IMG/VR virus record: IMGVR_UViG_3300019371_000265
Coordinates: 62,320-126,319 of that record
Reading direction: 5' to 3' (one strand)
Source of the DNA: a virus
Taxonomy: Duplodnaviria > Caudoviricetes
Length of the DNA: 64,000 nucleotides
A model generated the notes under the pieces. It was not told the DNA's origin. It ran no database searches and worked only from the letters and a program-made list of their open reading frames with translations. Below, piece after piece: positions 18,230 through 29,581 of the stretch; within the stretch, counting starts at the first letter, position 1, and every line of letters begins with the position of its first letter. The position numbers and the translations under genes were made by a program.

Positions 18230-19249
18230 TTGGCTCAAGGTGGCAGACCAAAGGGAAGTATCAAACCAAAGGAAAGTTTATTGGTAATTGCAACAGCAAA
18301 TAAAGATGCAGTTACTAAACCAACAATAATCTCTCCTAAAAAAACAGAAGTTGAAGAAAGCTTAATTAAAAAACCACACAAATGCGTAACATGTGGAACT
18401 AGGTATGCGAAACAAGAAGGTAATTTTTCGTTCAGTCAGTCTCCGTTCTTTAAGGGGAATAATTCATATTTGCCGATTTGTAATGATTGCATTGATTCAC
18501 TGGTTAAACAATATCAAGAAATACTTGGAGATCAAGATGCAGCAATTAAAAGAGTTTGCCTACACTGGGATATTTATCAGAATGATAGTATTTTATCTGC
18601 AAGCAAAAAAAGCGGTGCTCAACGTTCACGTATAAAAGAATATGTTCGCCAGTGTAATTTAAATCAGAATTCAGGTAAAACATATGATGATTATTTATAT
18701 GAACAGAACAATAACCTTATACTGTCAGAATCAGATATTGAGAATATGGAAGAGCCAGACGCTAAAAAATTACAAAAAAATATGAAGAGATGGGGAATCG
18801 GTTATTCTGAAGCAGAATATGACATGCTTAATGAGCATTATAAGCTTTATAAAGATAGTATTGATGAGGAAAATGCAACACAGGCTACATTGTTAAACGA
18901 TCTATGTGAACAATATGTGCTTAAAGCAAGAGCCAGGCAAGATAAAGATATGGATAGATACGACAAAGTATCTAAACTATACCAACAAACACTTGGAAAC
19001 GCAAATTTAAAACCAAAAACAAATGGTGATACAGCGATAAACAATCCAGATGAGTGTTGGGGTAATTTCACTAAAATTATAGAAACTATGTCTCCTGCCG
19101 AATATTTTAAGGATAAGTCAATATTCAAAGATTATGATGAACAAGATGAATATTATAGGCGTTTTGTAGAAAGACCAACAAACAATTTAATAAATGGTAC
19201 TTCAGCAATGGATGAAGAATATTCCATCAAGGTAACGGAAGATGAATAA
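18230..19249 (+). CDS. Probable terminase small subunit (SPbeta YonG position), with CxxC pairs
   Basis: Overlaps the terL start; CVTC and CNDC. Confidence 0.6.
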   Translation: MAQGGRPKGSIKPKESLLVIATANKDAVTKPTIISPKKTEVEESLIKKPHKCVTCGTRYAKQEGNFSFSQSPFFKGNNSYLPICNDCIDSLVKQYQEILGDQDAAIKRVCLHWDIYQNDSILSASKKSGAQRSRIKEYVRQCNLNQNSGKTYDDYLYEQNNNLILSESDIENMEEPDAKKLQKNMKRWGIGYSEAEYDMLNEHYKLYKDSIDEENATQATLLNDLCEQYVLKARARQDKDMDRYDKVSKLYQQTLGNANLKPKTNGDTAINNPDECWGNFTKIIETMSPAEYFKDKSIFKDYDEQDEYYRRFVERPTNNLINGTSAMDEEYSIKVTEDE

Positions 19250-21044
19250 CGAAAGTTTATTAGATGAACGTCAATTAAATGCCCATAAGAATGTTACAGA
19301 GGGACATTGGTTATCAAACAAAAATAATTTAATGCATTTTTACGAATGGAATACGTTTTTTAAAAGAAATATAAATCGTTATGCTGAAATGTATTTTGGT
19401 TTTAATTTATATCCATACCAACACTTGGAATTATATGAAATGAACACCAATTCTTCAAATGTAATAGTTGGTTCACGAGCAGTTGCCAAATCATATGTTG
19501 TTGCGATTTTTGGTTGTAGCAAAGCATCTCTGTATCCAAACAGCAAAATTGTAATAGCAAGCGCAACTAAAGGACAATCTAAACTTATTGTTACTGAAAA
19601 AATAAAAAATGAACTTATGAGTCAATCTCCTAATCTCCGGAGGGAAATACTTAGCATTAAAGATAATCAAAACGATACAGTTGTAAATTTTAGAAATGGA
19701 AGCACGATTAAGGTTGTTCCTGCGAATGATAATGCCAGAGGTAACAGAAGTACGTGTATTATATATGAAGAGTTTCGTATGATAGATAAGTTTGTTGTAG
19801 ACTCAGTTCTGTCGCCATTCCAAATTATAAGACCAGTCCCATATTTGAAATTCGACGAGTATTCAGCTCTGGCGGAAGAACCAACGGATATTTATATAAG
19901 TTCGGCGTGGTACTCATCTCACTGGATGGGGAAACTATTAGAAGATACCATGGTAGAAGTACGTAATGGAAAAGATCAGTGTGTCCTTGGATTTGATTAC
20001 AGTTTAACCTTGAAACATAATATAAAAACACGAAATCAGATATATAAGGATATGAAGAAGTTTGACCCCATTACATTTGCTATTGAATACAAGAATCAAA
20101 TGATAAAAGAAAATACTACGGCTTATTTCAAATACAAAATGTTTACTGATAATCAAAGATTAAGAAAACCATTTTATCCAAGATTAACATTAGATGTTCT
20201 GAATAGAAAAAAGAACCCACACGCTATACCAAAACAAGATGGAGAAATAAGAATAATATCTTGTGATATGGCTTTTGTTGAAAATAAAAATAATGATAAT
20301 TCAATTTTCAGCTGCATTAGGCTTATTCCAGAAAGTATTACCTATACATCTCAAAGTATAGAGGGATCTGGCAAGGAAATTAAACAAGGATATCGCAGAA
20401 TGCTATGTTATCTTGAAGCAATACAAGGCGGAGATACTACAAAGCAAGCCATTCGTATAAAACAGCTTTTTGAGGACTTTGATGCGGACTATTGTGTTCT
20501 TGATATGCGTAATGGTGGTATAGCTGTTTATGACTTATTGGCAAAAGTAATGTACGACGAAGAGAGAGATAAAGAATATAGACCGTGGGTTTGTTTCAAT
20601 GATGAAAAAATAGCGAATCGTATTAAGAGTGCGGGGGCAACCCCAGTACTCTTTTCTATTGTGGCATCTCAAAAACTCAACAGCGATATAGCACAAGAAT
20701 TTAGGTTAAGTCTGGTTGAGAATAAAATAGATTTTCTTGTTGGATATAATGATGCTGTGGAAAATATTTTACCAAAGATACCAGAATATATGGAGAATTT
20801 TGATTTAGATAGTCAGTTATTCTATGAAGCTCCATTCCTTGACACTCAAGAATTAATTTCAGAAAGTGTTGAGTTGGTATATGAGAAGAAACCACAAACA
20901 GATATCGTAGTTATTAGCGAGCAAGGTTCTAACAGAAAGGATAGGTATACATCGGTTTCTTATGGAAATTATTTTGCCAGTTTACTTGAGCAAGATTTAC
21001 TGTCTGATTCTTCAGACTATGATTTTCTACCACTATATAATTAA
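19242..21044 (+). CDS. terL: Terminase large subunit
   Basis: Walker A SRAVAKS, ARGNR, Walker B IIYEE, ISSA, nuclease ISCDMA and KDRY. Confidence 0.9.
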   Translation: MNNESLLDERQLNAHKNVTEGHWLSNKNNLMHFYEWNTFFKRNINRYAEMYFGFNLYPYQHLELYEMNTNSSNVIVGSRAVAKSYVVAIFGCSKASLYPNSKIVIASATKGQSKLIVTEKIKNELMSQSPNLRREILSIKDNQNDTVVNFRNGSTIKVVPANDNARGNRSTCIIYEEFRMIDKFVVDSVLSPFQIIRPVPYLKFDEYSALAEEPTDIYISSAWYSSHWMGKLLEDTMVEVRNGKDQCVLGFDYSLTLKHNIKTRNQIYKDMKKFDPITFAIEYKNQMIKENTTAYFKYKMFTDNQRLRKPFYPRLTLDVLNRKKNPHAIPKQDGEIRIISCDMAFVENKNNDNSIFSCIRLIPESITYTSQSIEGSGKEIKQGYRRMLCYLEAIQGGDTTKQAIRIKQLFEDFDADYCVLDMRNGGIAVYDLLAKVMYDEERDKEYRPWVCFNDEKIANRIKSAGATPVLFSIVASQKLNSDIAQEFRLSLVENKIDFLVGYNDAVENILPKIPEYMENFDLDSQLFYEAPFLDTQELISESVELVYEKKPQTDIVVISEQGSNRKDRYTSVSYGNYFASLLEQDLLSDSSDYDFLPLYN

Positions 21045-21059
21045 GGAGGTGATACTTAA

Positions 21060-22748
21060 ATGCCAGAAACAACAAATGAACCCAGGAAAAGAGGTAGACC
21101 AAAAGGTTCGAAAAGTAAAAACAGCGTCAATGACATTAATACTACAGCAGAAATTAATCAAGGAAGCATCACATTGGACGACAAATTCTCACATGAATTT
21201 AACTCGGCAATTCCAGTATCACTCTCCGTTGGCGATACAGTAATAGATTGTCCAGTAGACTTAGATATGATATCGGAGTATAAAGCAAATCCAATGATCT
21301 ATAATCAGCAGTTACGTAGATTATCTTGGTGGGCTTATCGTACAAATGGAACCATCTCTAGCGGTCTTGACTATATGAGGTCAATGCATACTCTGGATAA
21401 AGTTGTTTATACAACGGTTCCTAACACATCTGATTCATTTAAGAAACGCAGAATGTCAAATAAAAAGAAATTCGAATCTGCTCTCGATGCAATTAAATAT
21501 AAGAAATTTATTCGTGATGCCTTATTAAAAGATTTTAATGATGGCATTATTTTTTATTATCTTGAAACTACAAAACCAGTAGCAGAAAATAAGAAATTTC
21601 TTTCAGACGAAGAAGTCTTGAATATATTCGAGATTAATGAATTGGGCATAAATGCATCAATTATAGCGTTGCCAGTTGATTATTGCAAAATTATAAGTAG
21701 GAAGAATGGTTCTCCGCTAGTAGCATTTGATTTAAGGTACTTCTCTCAATATTGTGGAGACAGATTAAAAAGAAAACTTAGATCATTCCCAAAAGAAATC
21801 AGAGATGGTTGGGTCAAATATGATGCTGGAAAACAGATTCAACCGTGGTTGCTCTTGAATAATGATAATACAATTTGTCACAAGATTAAGTCTGCTGATA
21901 GTGAACCATGGGGAATACCTATGCCGATTGCTTCTCTTGATGACATTTTATATGCCAATCATTTTATCAATACGAAAAGAAGTGTCTTAGACGATTTAAA
22001 TAACCAAATTTTCTATGAGACTTATCCAGAAGGTGAAAGGAAAGGCAGTTCTTCTCTCTCTCAGCCTCAACAGACAGCGCAGCATAATATGATTAAAGGC
22101 GCTTTATTTAACAATAACAATCGTTATGGTAAAGCATTTTTCTCTTTAGCTACTGGTACTAAACTTGACCAAATAAAAGTTGATACCACTATTTTTGATG
22201 AAAAAAATGAGGTAAATGTAAAAAATAATATATCTCAAGACCTCGGTATCGAAGCGGCTATTGTTGGTGGAAAATCAAGTGCTAACTTTGCTACGGCTAC
22301 GCTTAATATTGAATGTATCTCCTCTTCTATTTATTCGTACATTACAGAAATTGTAGACGAATTAAATAAGGTGATAAACGCCAATATCATAAATGATAAT
22401 TCATGCCCGACCAAGATGTCAATATTACCGACTACTTTTGTAAATAGAGACAAAATGGTTAAGTATATGAGTGATTTATATGCAAGGGGTAAAGGTAGTT
22501 TACAGGCGTGGATTTCGAGTACAGGAGTTGACCCAGAATGCTATTTAGCTCTCATGGAAGAAGAATTAGAACAGGACGTTGAGAATCGCTTTCCCGTACA
22601 TAAAATTAGTTATAATTTGTCTAGCAAAGATTCTGCTCCAAGTGATATTGATAAAAGCGCTGGGAGACCTGAAGATACAAGTAATTCAAACGAAAATACA
22701 ATTGTATCAAAATCAAATGACGCTAATGGAATGCCAAAAACAAAATAG
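21060..22748 (+). CDS. Portal protein
   Basis: Position after terL, size, PWGIP motif. Confidence 0.75.
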   Translation: MPETTNEPRKRGRPKGSKSKNSVNDINTTAEINQGSITLDDKFSHEFNSAIPVSLSVGDTVIDCPVDLDMISEYKANPMIYNQQLRRLSWWAYRTNGTISSGLDYMRSMHTLDKVVYTTVPNTSDSFKKRRMSNKKKFESALDAIKYKKFIRDALLKDFNDGIIFYYLETTKPVAENKKFLSDEEVLNIFEINELGINASIIALPVDYCKIISRKNGSPLVAFDLRYFSQYCGDRLKRKLRSFPKEIRDGWVKYDAGKQIQPWLLLNNDNTICHKIKSADSEPWGIPMPIASLDDILYANHFINTKRSVLDDLNNQIFYETYPEGERKGSSSLSQPQQTAQHNMIKGALFNNNNRYGKAFFSLATGTKLDQIKVDTTIFDEKNEVNVKNNISQDLGIEAAIVGGKSSANFATATLNIECISSSIYSYITEIVDELNKVINANIINDNSCPTKMSILPTTFVNRDKMVKYMSDLYARGKGSLQAWISSTGVDPECYLALMEEELEQDVENRFPVHKISYNLSSKDSAPSDIDKSAGRPEDTSNSNENTIVSKSNDANGMPKTK

Positions 22749-22761
22749 GGAGTTGATAAAT

Positions 22762-22920
22762 ATTAAATACAAACTAATTTTTGAGCCAAGAGTTGCTAGG
22801 TATTTATTGAAATGCGGACACGTAATTTACGATATAAAACCAAATAAAAATAATTCCGAAAGGACAATATTTGTATTTAAATTAACAGAAAAACTTAAAG
22901 ATGATTTAGCTAGTGTTTAA
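22762..22920 (+). CDS. Small DUF5659-like phage protein with probable ATT start
   Basis: KLIFEPRVARYLLKCGHVIYDIKPNK...TIFVF; SD AGGGAG; no ATG in the conserved-looking part. Confidence 0.6.
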   Translation: MKYKLIFEPRVARYLLKCGHVIYDIKPNKNNSERTIFVFKLTEKLKDDLASV

Positions 22921-22965
22921 AACACTAGCTTTTTTATTTAAAAAAATTCATTAGAAAGGTCAAAA

Positions 22966-24078
22966 ATGAAAAAGACTCATGAAAAATATGAAAGCGAACT
23001 TTCAATTAAAAATCCAAATTTAAAATTACTAAATAAATATTCTGGGGGACACAAAAAAGTTAAATACATATGCTTAAAATGTGGAAACGAGAACGAAGCA
23101 GATGCTTCCGGTTTACTTGCGGGTCATGGCTGCCCTACTTGCGGAATTGAAAAAATGAAATTATCACAAAGACGTACTAACTCAGAATTCATAAATGAAA
23201 TGAAGAAAACTCAACCTACATTAGAAATTTTGAGTGAATATGTGAATTCAAATACAAGGATAAAGGTAAGATGTATTATTTGTGGGAATGAATATACCAC
23301 GATTGCATCAAACTTATTAAGCGGTTATTCATGTAGAAGTTGTTATGATAAAAATAGAACGCGTTCTCACGAAGAATACGTAGATATAATGAAAGATAAA
23401 AAACCAAATATATTAGTATTAGGAAAATATGTTACAAATGATACAAGAATTAAAGTAAAGTGCAAAGTTTGTGGACATGTTTGGAACCCACTTGCTGGTG
23501 CAGTATTAAACCAACATGGCTGCCCCATATGTGCTGGAGTAAAAATAATGCCAACTTCCATGTTTAAAAATAAAATGAAAAATATAAACAATAATATAGA
23601 ATTATTTGGTGACTATCTGGGGTGTAAAGAACCTATGTTGTGTAAGTGTAAAAAGTGCGGGAATGAATGGTATGATACTCCAGATAAAATGTTAAACTTT
23701 GCCTTCAAGTGCCCTATATGTGAAAGAATAAAATCTAATATGGAAGCATATATAGAAGACTTTCTAATTTCTAACAATATAAAATATGAAACACAGAAGA
23801 AATACTTAGGATTAATTGGCGTTGGAGGCAGACAACTTTCGTATGATTTTTATTTACCTGATTTCAATATATTGATAGAAGCGCAAGGGAAGCAACACGA
23901 AAAACCAATAAAATTTTTTGGTGGAGTTAAAGGTCATAAAATACAGAAGGAACATGATAAAAGAAAAATGGATTACGCGAGAAATCATAACATTAGACTT
24001 ATTGAGATCTGGTATTACGACATTGATGACATAAATAACATTTTAGATAATCTATTGTTATCTCGATTAGTAATTTAA
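22966..24078 (+). CDS. Free-standing homing-endonuclease-like protein: Zn-ribbon repeats plus Vsr/DUF559-like nuclease
   Basis: Four CxxC..CxxC repeats; LSYDFYLP..IEAQGKQH..DKRK..LIEIWY. Confidence 0.8.
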   Translation: MKKTHEKYESELSIKNPNLKLLNKYSGGHKKVKYICLKCGNENEADASGLLAGHGCPTCGIEKMKLSQRRTNSEFINEMKKTQPTLEILSEYVNSNTRIKVRCIICGNEYTTIASNLLSGYSCRSCYDKNRTRSHEEYVDIMKDKKPNILVLGKYVTNDTRIKVKCKVCGHVWNPLAGAVLNQHGCPICAGVKIMPTSMFKNKMKNINNNIELFGDYLGCKEPMLCKCKKCGNEWYDTPDKMLNFAFKCPICERIKSNMEAYIEDFLISNNIKYETQKKYLGLIGVGGRQLSYDFYLPDFNILIEAQGKQHEKPIKFFGGVKGHKIQKEHDKRKMDYARNHNIRLIEIWYYDIDDINNILDNLLLSRLVI

Positions 24079-24102
24079 ATAAGTTAGAGGAGGTGATTAC
24101 AT

Positions 24103-25275
24103 TTGGATCTGAATTTAATAGAAATATCTCAACAGGTGTCTCCTGATGGTAGACGTAGAGCAAGGTTTGCATTACACGAAGTTTACCCAGATGAAACTCA
24201 ATGTAATTTGAATGGAATTACATATTTAGAAGAACCAACGAGAATAAATGCGAACAGTGTTATTGGTATGCCAATATGCGCAACGTTTTTGGACGAGAAC
24301 AAAGATATTCCATATGATCATGGATTAACCGGACAAGAAGAAAATATGCCAGTATTTGAAGATTCTGTGCAAGTTGGAACTGCTGATGGTTGGAGTATTG
24401 AAAACATCACTGTCGATGGAGAAGAAAAACGAGCATTGGTTTGCGACTGCTACATTAATCAGCAAAGATATCCGCTGTTCGTAGAGTGGTTAGAAGCTTG
24501 CAGACAAAACGGAGTAACGGTACATGGAAGTGTTGAGTTCGTAGGAACCAAAGAAAACGGTCGTATCATTTATAAAGATGGTAAGACGCAAGATGATAAA
24601 TATCGAGTACCTATAGAATACGTTTATAGTGCATTCTGTGTAATCACTGTAAAGGCGAGTGATTCTACTGCTATTATGGTTGAATTAAATCAACTTAATA
24701 ATAAAGAAATAAATCAAAATAACAAGGAGGAAAATTTAATGGATGAGAAACAGATTGAACAGCTCATTTCAAATGTAAAAAGTGCTGTCGCTGAAACTAA
24801 TTCTAAGAATTCCGAATATGAAGCAAAAATTGCTGAATTAAATTCTATGCTTGAAACAAAGGACACTGAAATTGCAGAATTAAATGCAAAAAATGTGTCC
24901 CTCGAAGAAGGTGCAAACGAGAAGGATAAGGAAGTCGCAGAATTAAATGCAATGGTTGAAAAGATTACAAAGGAATTAAATGCGTGCATGAAAGATAATG
25001 CTATCAATGAATTAAATTCCGCACTAAAAGATTTTACTGATGAGGAAAAGAAGGCTGCTGAAGCTGAAATCAACTCTTTCAATGAGGATTTCACCAAGGT
25101 TCCAGTTGAGAAAATTGTTGACAAGATTAATGCCGCTATTGGCGCAAAAGTAAAAGAGAGACAGATTGCTGAAATTAATTCTGCAAAAGAAAAGAAAGCT
25201 GATGACATCTTTGGATACATGGATGATGCGGATTCTGATGCAAATAATTCAGATCTTGATGAAATTTTTGAATAA
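24103..25275 (+). CDS. Prohead protease/scaffold
   Basis: PYDHG and GSVE in the N-domain, coiled-coil EIAELN repeats in the C-domain; position before the capsid genes. Confidence 0.7.
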   Translation: MDLNLIEISQQVSPDGRRRARFALHEVYPDETQCNLNGITYLEEPTRINANSVIGMPICATFLDENKDIPYDHGLTGQEENMPVFEDSVQVGTADGWSIENITVDGEEKRALVCDCYINQQRYPLFVEWLEACRQNGVTVHGSVEFVGTKENGRIIYKDGKTQDDKYRVPIEYVYSAFCVITVKASDSTAIMVELNQLNNKEINQNNKEENLMDEKQIEQLISNVKSAVAETNSKNSEYEAKIAELNSMLETKDTEIAELNAKNVSLEEGANEKDKEVAELNAMVEKITKELNACMKDNAINELNSALKDFTDEEKKAAEAEINSFNEDFTKVPVEKIVDKINAAIGAKVKERQIAEINSAKEKKADDIFGYMDDADSDANNSDLDEIFE

Positions 25276-25293
25276 TAAGGAGGAAATTAAATT

Positions 25294-25752
25294 ATGTTAA
25301 AATTTAGAGAATTAGGAACCTACAAAGTAGCCCAGAATAACGGTTACTGCACTTGCGCTTCTGTTTTAAAGAATGGATATGGCGTTACTGTAGATGAAGC
25401 AACTAAAGTTGCAGCACTTCCAACATCAACTACTACAAAAGGAGATGTCTGGATCGTATTAAACAGAATTGATAAACCGGAAACTCATGAACCAAACGAT
25501 TACAAAATTGAGATCGGAGAGTATCCAAGATTGTTTAGAGTAAAATCTTTAGATGGTCGTATTATCGACATGGATATGGATGCTGTTACTACTGCATACG
25601 CAGATGTTGCAGTAGGTGATAAATTAACTTTTGGAACAGATGGTAAATTAGTCGAAACCGCAGATGTAACCGGATATGATACATATTTTGAAGTTACTGA
25701 GAAGACGGTTTTTGGTGGGGCAGGTTTAGCGGTAAAGGTTGTAGTAGCTTAA
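25294..25752 (+). CDS. Capsid cement/decoration protein
   Basis: Position before MCP; beta-rich composition. Confidence 0.55.
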   Translation: MLKFRELGTYKVAQNNGYCTCASVLKNGYGVTVDEATKVAALPTSTTTKGDVWIVLNRIDKPETHEPNDYKIEIGEYPRLFRVKSLDGRIIDMDMDAVTTAYADVAVGDKLTFGTDGKLVETADVTGYDTYFEVTEKTVFGGAGLAVKVVVA

Positions 25753-25828
25753 ATAAAAAATATCAATTAGCATGGAACACCCCTCATGGGTGTCTTTTTT
25801 ATGCGCAAAAATAAGGAGGAAATTTTTA

Positions 25829-26923
25829 ATGAATACATCTTTTGAATTAAATAATGCAAGAAAAGACGACATTCAGGTCAAAGACCAGAAGAAATTAAAT
25901 AGAGTGGTTGAGATTTGTTCAGCCATTTTTCACGGAGATGATTTAGCAAAATATGGTAAAGAAGTTGATGCCGTAGTAACAAGACTTAAAGATCTTGGCA
26001 ACAGAGCAGACAACGGTGATTGGAGAGCTAGAGCTGAAATAAACTCATATGTAAAGTTTATGATTCAGCCAAAATTACTTGAGTCCATGAAGGTATTTTC
26101 CTTCCTTGGTAACTATAAAGAAATTGGATATGATCAGCAAGCAATGGTGAAAACATACAATTACGAAGGACTCGATGCAAAGATGCAGGCTTCTGGTTCT
26201 GACGTAAGTTTTGCAGGAAAGAACTGGATTGAATATCCAATTACCACAAAGACAATCTCTAGTGGTATGGCAATTGATTATAGAGAATTGGCAAGTGGAA
26301 ACTTTGGTGGAACTATCGCCGAAGAAACTGCACAGGTTCAGATCGACATGAACAACAAGGCAGTTGCCTACGTATTAGAAGTACTTAGCAAGGCTATTAA
26401 AGAAAATACAAAATATGTAAAATTCTATTCTGAATATGATACCGTTCCCACTCAGAGTGGCGTAAATGCAATGATCGCAAATATGAGAAAAATGGGTAAA
26501 GTGGGCATCGCAGGTGATTTCTCTGTTCTTTCTACTATTTGTGATTGGAATGGATATAAGACCGTAGGAGACGCTAGCATACCGTTCTACACACCAGAGC
26601 AGGTAAATGAAATTGCGAAGGCGGGATTAAATGGTTTCTATAAGGGAGCTTCTCTTGTTGAGCTTGAGAATCCATATAACTTTACAAAACCGCTGGCTGA
26701 TAAAACTTCTTTTGAGACGTATTATGATTCTGATAAACTGTATTTCACAGCACAGGGCAATACCTCTCCACTCAACATCTTTAGACGTGGTGGAATTATG
26801 ACTATGAGTGGAAATGATGTTGAAACTGGTGTCGTTAAGACACGCTTCGATATTGAGGTTGGAGCAGATGTTGTTAGGGGTAGAGAATTTGAGATTGGTA
26901 TGATTGCTAAAAAGGTAGTTTAA
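25829..26923 (+). CDS. Major capsid protein
   Basis: Position and size; SD AAGGAGG supports ATG 25829; flanked by hairpins. Confidence 0.75.
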   Translation: MNTSFELNNARKDDIQVKDQKKLNRVVEICSAIFHGDDLAKYGKEVDAVVTRLKDLGNRADNGDWRARAEINSYVKFMIQPKLLESMKVFSFLGNYKEIGYDQQAMVKTYNYEGLDAKMQASGSDVSFAGKNWIEYPITTKTISSGMAIDYRELASGNFGGTIAEETAQVQIDMNNKAVAYVLEVLSKAIKENTKYVKFYSEYDTVPTQSGVNAMIANMRKMGKVGIAGDFSVLSTICDWNGYKTVGDASIPFYTPEQVNEIAKAGLNGFYKGASLVELENPYNFTKPLADKTSFETYYDSDKLYFTAQGNTSPLNIFRRGGIMTMSGNDVETGVVKTRFDIEVGADVVRGREFEIGMIAKKVV

Positions 26924-26995
26924 TTTATTTACCATAGGAGGGGCATTTGCCTCTCCTTTTTATAAAAATAATAATCATTTAAAGGAGAGAGTTAA

Positions 26996-27481
26996 ATGGC
27001 TCAAGTTAAATTAACTGATAGAGTTAGTATTGATAATTTAAGGAGTTGGAATCTTGATTTTAGAGCAACTGAATCTAATAGAGATATTACAATTCCTGCA
27101 AATGTGAAAGGCTATAAACAGCTTACTGTAGCTGAGATTGATGGACAAGTAAAAATGGGGAATTTATTCTTTGTTGGTAAAGATGGTTTTGGAAATAATG
27201 CAGATATCAGAATCAATGACAAAGCAGTTGTAGCATTTGTATTTGGAGAAGGTTCAGAGGAAGATGAATCTCCTGCTTCTACTTTACTCACAAAGGAAAG
27301 CGTATCAGTGCTTTTGAATGCATCTCCAAAAGCTAAATTCCAAGAACAACTTGAAAAGTTAGTGGCTACAGAAGCAGAAAAGAAAACTATTATTCCAATG
27401 GCAAAAGAAGTTGGAATTGATAACGTTGAAGCATATAAAATTGCTGCAATTGAAAAGATTTCAGGATATAAATTCGACTAA
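26996..27481 (+). CDS. Virion/head-associated hypothetical protein
   Basis: ORF track, synteny. Confidence 0.6.
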   Translation: MAQVKLTDRVSIDNLRSWNLDFRATESNRDITIPANVKGYKQLTVAEIDGQVKMGNLFFVGKDGFGNNADIRINDKAVVAFVFGEGSEEDESPASTLLTKESVSVLLNASPKAKFQEQLEKLVATEAEKKTIIPMAKEVGIDNVEAYKIAAIEKISGYKFD

Positions 27482-27498
27482 TACAAGGAGGGTTGAGT

Positions 27499-27888
27499 AT
27501 GAATACAACCTATCAAGATGTATTGTCTTCGTTTCATTCCAACCCGATGTCAAAATATATTCTTGCTGATGAATTGGTTTATCAATGGTTTATAGATGCT
27601 CTTGGTGTTTATGAATTAGAAATTGATGCGTTGGAATTTGACGAAGTTGAACAAAAATTTACCACAAGGTTAAAGCAATACCAGGTTAAAACTCTTGGAT
27701 TGATAATGTACACTTTTTACTTAACCAGAGAATTGAGTCGTGTTGAAAAGTTGCAAGGAATTTCAAGCAAAGGCATTAGCATTACTGGTAATGATGAATC
27801 TAAAAGAATCACTTACAAAGATTTGGAATTAGAATTAAAAAGAGTTGACGAGATGCTACATAAACAAAAAAATAACTGTAATTATTAG
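27499..27888 (+). CDS. Putative head-tail adaptor
   Basis: Synteny; SD AAGGAGGG supports ATG 27499. Confidence 0.5.
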   Translation: MNTTYQDVLSSFHSNPMSKYILADELVYQWFIDALGVYELEIDALEFDEVEQKFTTRLKQYQVKTLGLIMYTFYLTRELSRVEKLQGISSKGISITGNDESKRITYKDLELELKRVDEMLHKQKNNCNY

Positions 27889-27898
27889 GTGGTGAATT

Positions 27899-28954
27899 AT
27901 GGCTGTAGAATGGTATTTAATGAATAATCCACCTAATAGATATAGTGGATTTGAAAATGATGATTTTGAAAACTTTGCACAAGAAGGGTTTAATGAACTC
28001 TTAGATTCTCCTATTGCAGAAGAAATTGAAATTTTTAATTATGATTTGTCAGTGTCATCAACTATAAAAGCAATTATCCATGGCAAAGAAGCCAATACAG
28101 ATCTGAAGTCTCACGAAAGAGAAGTCTATGTAAACGTCGGCACTCTAAAAGCGGGCATGTATATTAAGTACCGCAATATGTACTGGCTCGTAACTGGATT
28201 TGTAGACAATGATAAAATGTGCTCTAAGGCGTTGGTTTCATTATGTCAATACTTATTAAAATGGCAAAATGCTAATGGAACTATAATCGAAAGATGGGTT
28301 CATGCTGCCAGTGCTAGTAAATATGATGTTGGTGAAGATGGCAATAAAACAATTGTTGTGTCTTCAAATACATTTGCTATTATGATTCCAAATGATGATG
28401 AGTCTATGAATCTTGAAGAAAAAAGAGTGTTTATTGATAAGCGTAAAACTAACCCTACGAAGATATTCAAGATAACCAGGAACGATGATGTCTTGAGTGA
28501 TTATGAACATGGTGATGGTGGAGGCATATTAAATCTCATCGCTGATAAAAATTCATTCAACAAAGATACTGATAATCAGGAACTGAGAATCTGTGACTAC
28601 ATCTCTCCCACTACTCCACCCGACCCAGGCGAACCAAGTCAATCGGGCATTTTATGTACAATTACATATAAGGGTGATGCAAGTATAATCGTTGGTGGAA
28701 ATGCTAAGACGTTTACTGCTGTCTATAAAGATGCTGATGGAAATGATGTTAGTAGTAATTATGTGACTGTGTGGAGTATTGTCGGTAATCCGATAAGCGA
28801 GTTATCTCTCGCTCCCACTATAAATTCCGTGAAGATAAAATGTGCGGAGAATGATAAATTGATTAACACTACGTTTACATTAAAAGCAACTGGAAATCAC
28901 AACGCAGAAACCATTGAAACTATGACAATCATTAAACTTTCAAGTATATATTAG
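27899..28954 (+). CDS. Putative head-closure/neck protein with C-terminal Ig-like region
   Basis: Synteny; Pro-rich linker then beta-rich domain. Confidence 0.5.
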   Translation: MAVEWYLMNNPPNRYSGFENDDFENFAQEGFNELLDSPIAEEIEIFNYDLSVSSTIKAIIHGKEANTDLKSHEREVYVNVGTLKAGMYIKYRNMYWLVTGFVDNDKMCSKALVSLCQYLLKWQNANGTIIERWVHAASASKYDVGEDGNKTIVVSSNTFAIMIPNDDESMNLEEKRVFIDKRKTNPTKIFKITRNDDVLSDYEHGDGGGILNLIADKNSFNKDTDNQELRICDYISPTTPPDPGEPSQSGILCTITYKGDASIIVGGNAKTFTAVYKDADGNDVSSNYVTVWSIVGNPISELSLAPTINSVKIKCAENDKLINTTFTLKATGNHNAETIETMTIIKLSSIY

Positions 28955-28966
28955 GGGGGTGCAAAT

Positions 28967-29581
28967 TTGGACATAGATTCGAGAAACTTAAATTTCGTAG
29001 GAACTTACAAAAACAAAATTATTACTCGTCTGACATCAGATGAATTGGTAGTAAAATTGTTGAATCCAGCGGAACACCCTTATCTTGAAACATATGATGT
29101 TTTACTTGGCGGTAAATTTTATTTTGACGAATATGGACATTCTGTTATCCCAGGGCAAGGTAAAGAACAAATACTACAACCTTATGTGTTTGACTATATG
29201 TTTGTAACAGGCACGACTTCTGATCAAAAAACCTTTATTACAGTAGATGTGGTCGTAGATACAGTAGAATATAACATGTTTAACAGGTTTAAATTGATAT
29301 TAAACATATTTGCACACAAAGATTTAGTCTCTTTAAATAAATACAGTGTTCCAACAAAACAGGAAATGGAACAATTGGGGCATATGGGAAATCGTATAGA
29401 CCAATTATGTGGGATAGTTGATATTTCTATAAATGGCGCAGATGTTAAAGCATTGGGGAAAATAAGTCCAAACGAAAGAGGATATTACAGTATTTATTGT
29501 CCAAATGATAATTACTATGGAAAACAATTAGTATATACGGTGACTGGATATAACGAAAGTGGTGATGATTGTGGAAATTAA
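28967..29581 (+). CDS. Putative tail terminator/neck protein
   Basis: Synteny; RIDQLC motif. Confidence 0.45.
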   Translation: MDIDSRNLNFVGTYKNKIITRLTSDELVVKLLNPAEHPYLETYDVLLGGKFYFDEYGHSVIPGQGKEQILQPYVFDYMFVTGTTSDQKTFITVDVVVDTVEYNMFNRFKLILNIFAHKDLVSLNKYSVPTKQEMEQLGHMGNRIDQLCGIVDISINGADVKALGKISPNERGYYSIYCPNDNYYGKQLVYTVTGYNESGDDCGN

